In this document: positions 47,185 through 51,669 of the stretch, one piece after another
Layout: every line of letters begins with the position of its first letter
How positions within the stretch are numbered: position 1 is the first letter of the stretch
Assembly (NCBI RefSeq): GCF_004010195.1
Contig: NC_057753.1
Location: 10,760,135 to 10,811,803, forward strand
Origin: Chiloscyllium plagiosum
Lineage: Eukaryota
Length of the DNA: 51,669 nt
Direction: 5' to 3'
Notes under the pieces: model-generated
What the model saw: the letters and a program-made list of their open reading frames with translations, nothing else
The model's database searches: none
What the model was told of the DNA's origin: nothing
Position numbers and translations under genes: made by a program

Positions 47185-48357
47185 CAAAGGTGGCCATCAG
47201 GGTGAGGGTGGCATTGGTTTTTTTTTTCCCGTTTCCCAGATCTTCGTACATGGTGTCCCTTCAGACCCAGTCCATCTTTGATCTCCACGTGAAATGAAAG
47301 ATAGCCCAGGTGACTGCGGTGGCACAGATTCTGGGAATAGGCCACATATAACACTGGGAGTACCTCACACCTGATGACCAGTGACCATTTCTCCCATCTG
47401 CCCATTTTCTGCCTCGCATTCCAGATACGTTCCTCCTAAGACTTGGCGCAAGCTCCAGCCCCTCCGAACCAAATACCCAGCACCTTCAGGTGGTCAGTCC
47501 TGACGGTGAAGGGGATCGAGGATTGGTCGGCCCAGTTCCCAAAGAGCATGACCTCGCTCTTGCCTTGGTTTATCTTGGCCCCCGAGGCCCGTTCGAACTG
47601 GTCACAAATGCACATGAGTCTGTGCACGGACAGCAGATCCGAGCAGAAAACAGCAACGTCATCCATGTACATCCTTAACCTGTAGGCCCCCGCTGCTAGG
47701 AATAGTCACGTCTCCGGCTCGCATCCTTCCTGATGGACTCGGCAAATGGCTCTATGCAGCACACAAACAAGGCAGGAGAGAGAGGGCAGCCCTGCCTGAC
47801 TCCAGATCTGACTGGGAAGCTATCTGATTCCCACCCATTGATTGAGACTGCACTGACAATGTTGATGGAGAGCAGTCAAATCCAATTGCAGATTCCCTCC
47901 CCAAAGCCCATTTTGGAGAAGACATCTCTTATGTGCTATCTTGTCAAAGGCTTTCTCCTGGTCCAGGCTGATGAGGCAGGTGTCCACTCCCCTATCCTGC
48001 ATATAGGAGATCGTTTCCCTGAGGAGTGCAAGACTCTCAGCGACCTTCCTGCCCAGTACAGCACATTTTTGGTCAGGGTGAATCACCGAACACAGAGCAG
48101 ACCTGACCCAGTTGGCAACAGCCTTTAATAGGATTTTGTAACCTACATTCAGCAGCGAAATTGATCGCCAATTTCTAATTTCCTCCCTCTCCCCCTTCTG
48201 CTTGGAAATGAGGGTGATGATGCCTTTCTTCTTGGATTCACTCCTGGTACCTGCCCGAAGCATATTGAATTACACCTCCAGAAGGTCCTGGCCAATCAAG
48301 TCCCACAGAGCGGAATAGAGCTCGACCGGTAAGCCGTCACTTCCGGGAGTTTTATTC
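47185..48357 (-). mobile_element. Tx1-like (L1 clade) LINE, RT fragment
   Basis: KTPGSDGLPVELY, KKGIITLISKQKG...NWRSISLLNV, LDQEKAFD, GVRQGCPLSP and YMDDVAVF. Confidence 0.9.
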
Positions 48358-48369
48358 TATTCTTGTGAA

Positions 48370-49646
48370 TTTTTTTTTAAATTTCAAAAATATACTCATA
48401 CAAAATATTTTGTTATCTATACAATTGGTGATGCCATTCATATGTATATATTGCATTTCTTTACATACAGAGATCAAAATTAATCATTCATATATACAAG
48501 TCTGTATGTTGACCATCCGTATATATTGCTGAGACGTCAGCAGAGCCCAAGTACTGGGCTGTTCTTCTTAGGCAGGCAGTCTCTACACAGTGGTCTTTCC
48601 CCACCGTGCCTTGGCAGCAGCTGCCCCAAGCTTCAGCGCATCCCTCAACACGTAGTCCTGGACCTTGGAATGTGCCAGTCTGCAACACTCAGTCGGGGTC
48701 CAACTCCTTCAGCTGGAAGATCAACAGGTTTTGGACCGCCCAGAGAGCGTCTTTCACCGAGTTGATGATCCTCCAGGTGCAGTTGATGTTCTTCTCGGTG
48801 TGTGTCCTGGAGAACAGACCATAAAGCACGGAGTCCCGCGTCACGGAGCTGCTCAGGATGAACCTCGACAAACACCACAGCATTCCTCTCCAGACTTCCT
48901 TTGCATAGGCACATTCCAGAAGGAGGTGCGTGACAGTCTTGTCCCCCCCGCAGCCGCTTCGAGGGTGCGTGCGGTGGGGCAGAGAGTCTGGGCATGTACG
49001 AAGGATCTCACCGGCAGAGCCCTTCTCCCCATCAGCCAAGCCATGTCTTGGTGCTTGTTTGAAAGTCCTGGTGATGAGTCATACTGCCAAATGACTTTCA
49101 CAGTCTGCTCAGGGAACCACTCAACAGGATCCACCCTCTCCTTTTCCCGAAGGGTCTCATGGACACTATGTGCTCACCACTTCCTGATGGACTTGTAGTC
49201 AAAGGTGTTTTTCTTCATAAATTTCTTCACAAAGGACAGGTGGTATGGAATGGTCCAACTACTGTGAGCGTTCTGCAGCTGCGAGGCCAGGCCCATCCTT
49301 CGCAACACCGGGGATAGGTAGAACCTCAGTACGTAGTGACACTTGGTGTTTGCGTACCGGGGATCCACGCACAGCTTGATGCAGCCACACACAAAGGTGG
49401 CCATCAGGATGAGGATGGCATTGGATGTGCTTTTTCCCCCGTTGCCCAGATCTTTATACATGGTGTCCCTTCGGACCCAGTCCATCTTCGATCTCCACAT
49501 GAAGTGGAACATGGCCCGGGTGACTGCGGTGGCACAGGTTCTGTGAATAGGCCAGACCTGTGCCACACATAATAACAATGACAGTACCTCACACTTGATG
49601 ACCAGGTTTTTACCCACGATGGAGAGCGACTGTTGCTCCCATCTGC
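48370..49646 (-). mobile_element. Tx1-like LINE 3' end with Cys/His motif and short poly(A)
   Basis: LSIVGKNLVIKCEVLS and CGGDKTVTHLLLECAYAKEVW; a T-run at about 48370-48378 is the minus-strand A tail. Confidence 0.88.
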
Positions 49647-50201
49647 TGTAAATATATGGCTTACTTGTAAAATAGAAGGCTGGCTGCGAGTGTAAATATA
49701 CTCTGCATTTGGAAGCCTGTGGTGATGCTGTGTAACGCGCGCAGAAGGGGGTCACGTGATGCTTTGTTTCGCACCCCGGAAGAGTGCGAGGAGGTCACGT
49801 GGTGCTCCGTTTCGCGGGCAAGGAGGTCACGTGGTGCTCCGTTTCGCGGGCAAAAGACGTGGGGTCGGACATCCGGGAACGCAGGGAGGCGGAGAATGGA
49901 GTCAGATCAACAGCCAATCAGAAGATAATTCTACCTCCGTGATTGCATGACATTTTTTATTGTATAAAAGACTTGGTCAGGGACAGGAATAGGTCTTACT
50001 TTTTGAACTGACACACTTTGTAGTTTGTCAGGGGCGGAAAGGTCTAGACCCAGAGCTCTGTATACTTTGTCCCCTTACTGTTTAAAATAAATTAAGAGTG
50101 TGAGATTGAATATCTTCTCCTATTGCTTCATTTAAAGAACACGCAGGACTGGGCTCCCACATAGAAGAAAGTAAGTTGGTAGATTGAGCCAAAGTCCTAC
50201 A
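49647..50201 (+). mobile_element. ERV 5' LTR (555 bp)
   Basis: TGTA...TACA termini, CCAAT at 49914, TATAAAA at 49963 and AATAAA at 50086. It interrupts the Tx1 element and is followed by a PBS. Confidence 0.88.
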
Positions 50202-50204
50202 ATT

Positions 50205-50222
50205 TGGTGACTCCGACGTGAT
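50205..50222 (+). promoter_or_regulatory. Primer binding site, tRNA-Trp type
   Basis: TGGTGACTCCGACGTGAT matches 17/18 positions of the canonical Trp PBS TGGTGACCCCGACGTGAT, 3 nt after the LTR end. Confidence 0.9.
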
Positions 50223-50427
50223 GAAGACAGAGAAGAGAGGAAAATAGAAACAATGGACAACTGACGTCTGATGACAACAACAAGCGGCGCCGCATAAAAA
50301 AAAAGGTGAGCAGACGCATGTTTATATCGAAGTTCTGCCATTGGAGATACCAAATTGATTGTTGTCATTATACTGCAAGTGTCCTAGTAATAGTAAGTGG
50401 ATAAAGTATTGATAAGGTATTGATATG

Positions 50428-50596
50428 GGTTTAAAGTCCCATGGGGTTAGAGTCCCCATAAAAGCAACAAAGTTTAATACGTACAGGTTTAAAGTCCCAT
50501 GGGGTTAGAGTCCCCATAAAAGCAACAAAGTTTAGTACGTACGCGTTTAAAGTCCCATGGGGTTTTTGTCCCCATAAAAGCAACAAGGTACGTACA
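50428..50596 (+). repeat. Three 58-bp tandem repeats in the ERV leader
   Basis: gtttaaagtcccatggggttagagtccccataaaagcaacaaagttt..tacgtac; units start at 50428, 50486 and 50544. Confidence 0.92.
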
Positions 50597-51669
50597 GATA
50601 AACAGAGCAACGAGTCAGCTCAAGTGCAGTTGCTGAAGTTACAGCTCGATAAGGCTAGGAGGAAGGCTAATGATACAAAGAAGGCCTCCCAAAAGACGAC
50701 TAATCAGATGGTTCAGCAGCCGTCGCCACAAAACAAACTGCCCAGTCTGGACCCAACACCTGATTGGATGCCACACTAGCCCCAGTATGGGGGCAGGCCT
50801 ATAGGTGTTCCAGAAGGAATGTGTGTTAGAGGAAGGGGCCGCGGAGGACTCAGAGGTCAGCCACCCAACACCTGTTTTGAATGTGGCCAACCCGGGCATT
50901 GGAGGAGAAATTGTCCCATGTTGTGGGGACCCCAGGGAGGCCAGGGATTGATCCGAGGACAGTATGTCCGCTCAAGGCAGCCTCCTTTTCAACAGGCTGT
51001 TCAGCCTTACCAAGCCCCAAATGCAGCTGCAGCTCCGGTGCAAGGTCAGTACCCCCAAACCATGCCGGAAGGGCAGAGGTACGAATATTTGGGGTTGGCA
51101 GACCCCTATATGCAAATGAGGGTAATGGACAAGAATCTGTCTTTTTTGGTTGACACGTGTGCAAGATCTTCTACCACCACTTGTGATATACCTCGGTCAA
51201 GCATGTCATCCTCCAGCGTCCAGTTAGTAGGGTTCTCGGGCAAACCAGAAAATCTGCCTTTGACATCGCCACTGATCACATCGGTGGACGGACAGATTTT
51301 CCGTCACCGGTATATTTCATCACCTGCATGCCCTGTCAATCTGATGGGACGTGATTTGTTGGTGAGATGCGGGGTCTCGGTTCTGTGCGGACCAGACGGA
51401 CTGGTAGTGACTTTTCCAAATGGCCATTCCGTCAATTGTTCTATGACAATGATTCACTCTGGATCCCAAATGATGCTATCACCGGACACATCACCAATGG
51501 CAGAAGGGCAGTAGGCGGATATATACTGGGGACTTCTCGAACTCGAAAACAGGCAGAACAATGGCATACAGTCTCTATACAACCAATAGCGACCCTGGGT
51601 TCAGATGCTGCATCCCTTTGCTCCTCCTGCAGATCCCCTCCATGTTACCCTATATTATGATAGAGATGA
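50597..51669 (+). mobile_element. ERV gag C-terminus (CCHC knuckle), protease and start of the post-protease domain; defective
   Basis: CFECGQPGHWRRNC; FLVDTC (DTG motif mutated); PVNLMGRDLL; in-frame TAG stops at 51512 and 51587. Runs off the window. Confidence 0.9.

Noticed and set aside
50428..50596. CRISPR-like array
   Set aside because: Contiguous tandem repeats with no unique spacers and no cas genes, in a vertebrate ERV leader.

Overview
Eukaryotic, repeat-dense genomic DNA from an elasmobranch, most likely a shark. This is inferred from HE1-type SINEs, CR1/HER1-type LINEs and the style of the zinc-finger genes. The window is part of a tandem C2H2 zinc-finger (ZNF) gene cluster evolving by segmental duplication. 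It holds one apparently intact, KRAB-less 11-finger gene (CDS 21767-22708, minus strand), two frameshifted ZNF pseudogenes (about 150-830 minus; 14515-15320 plus) and a fourth copy broken up by LINEs (about 42.6-47.2 kb). Paralogous promoter/first-exon modules recur at about 2.6, 12.8-13.3, 23.6, 31 and 41.2 kb. The rest is mobile DNA: many CR1 fragments, HE1 SINEs, a Gypsy pol remnant, Tx1-like LINE fragments and two class I (epsilon-like) endogenous retrovirus remnants. One is an IN-env fragment at 33-35.3 kb. The other is a 5' LTR, tRNA-Trp PBS, internally deleted gag, protease and a candidate 2H-phosphoesterase motif at 49.6-51.7 kb. The most striking hidden structure is a set of Penelope-like elements and their short non-autonomous derivatives. 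At least four families carry minimal type I hammerhead ribozyme motifs, often as inverted or fold-back pairs, and some have target-site duplications. Two assembly gaps lie at 17212-17590 and 18468-18967. Boundaries of old repeats are approximate and were read by eye.
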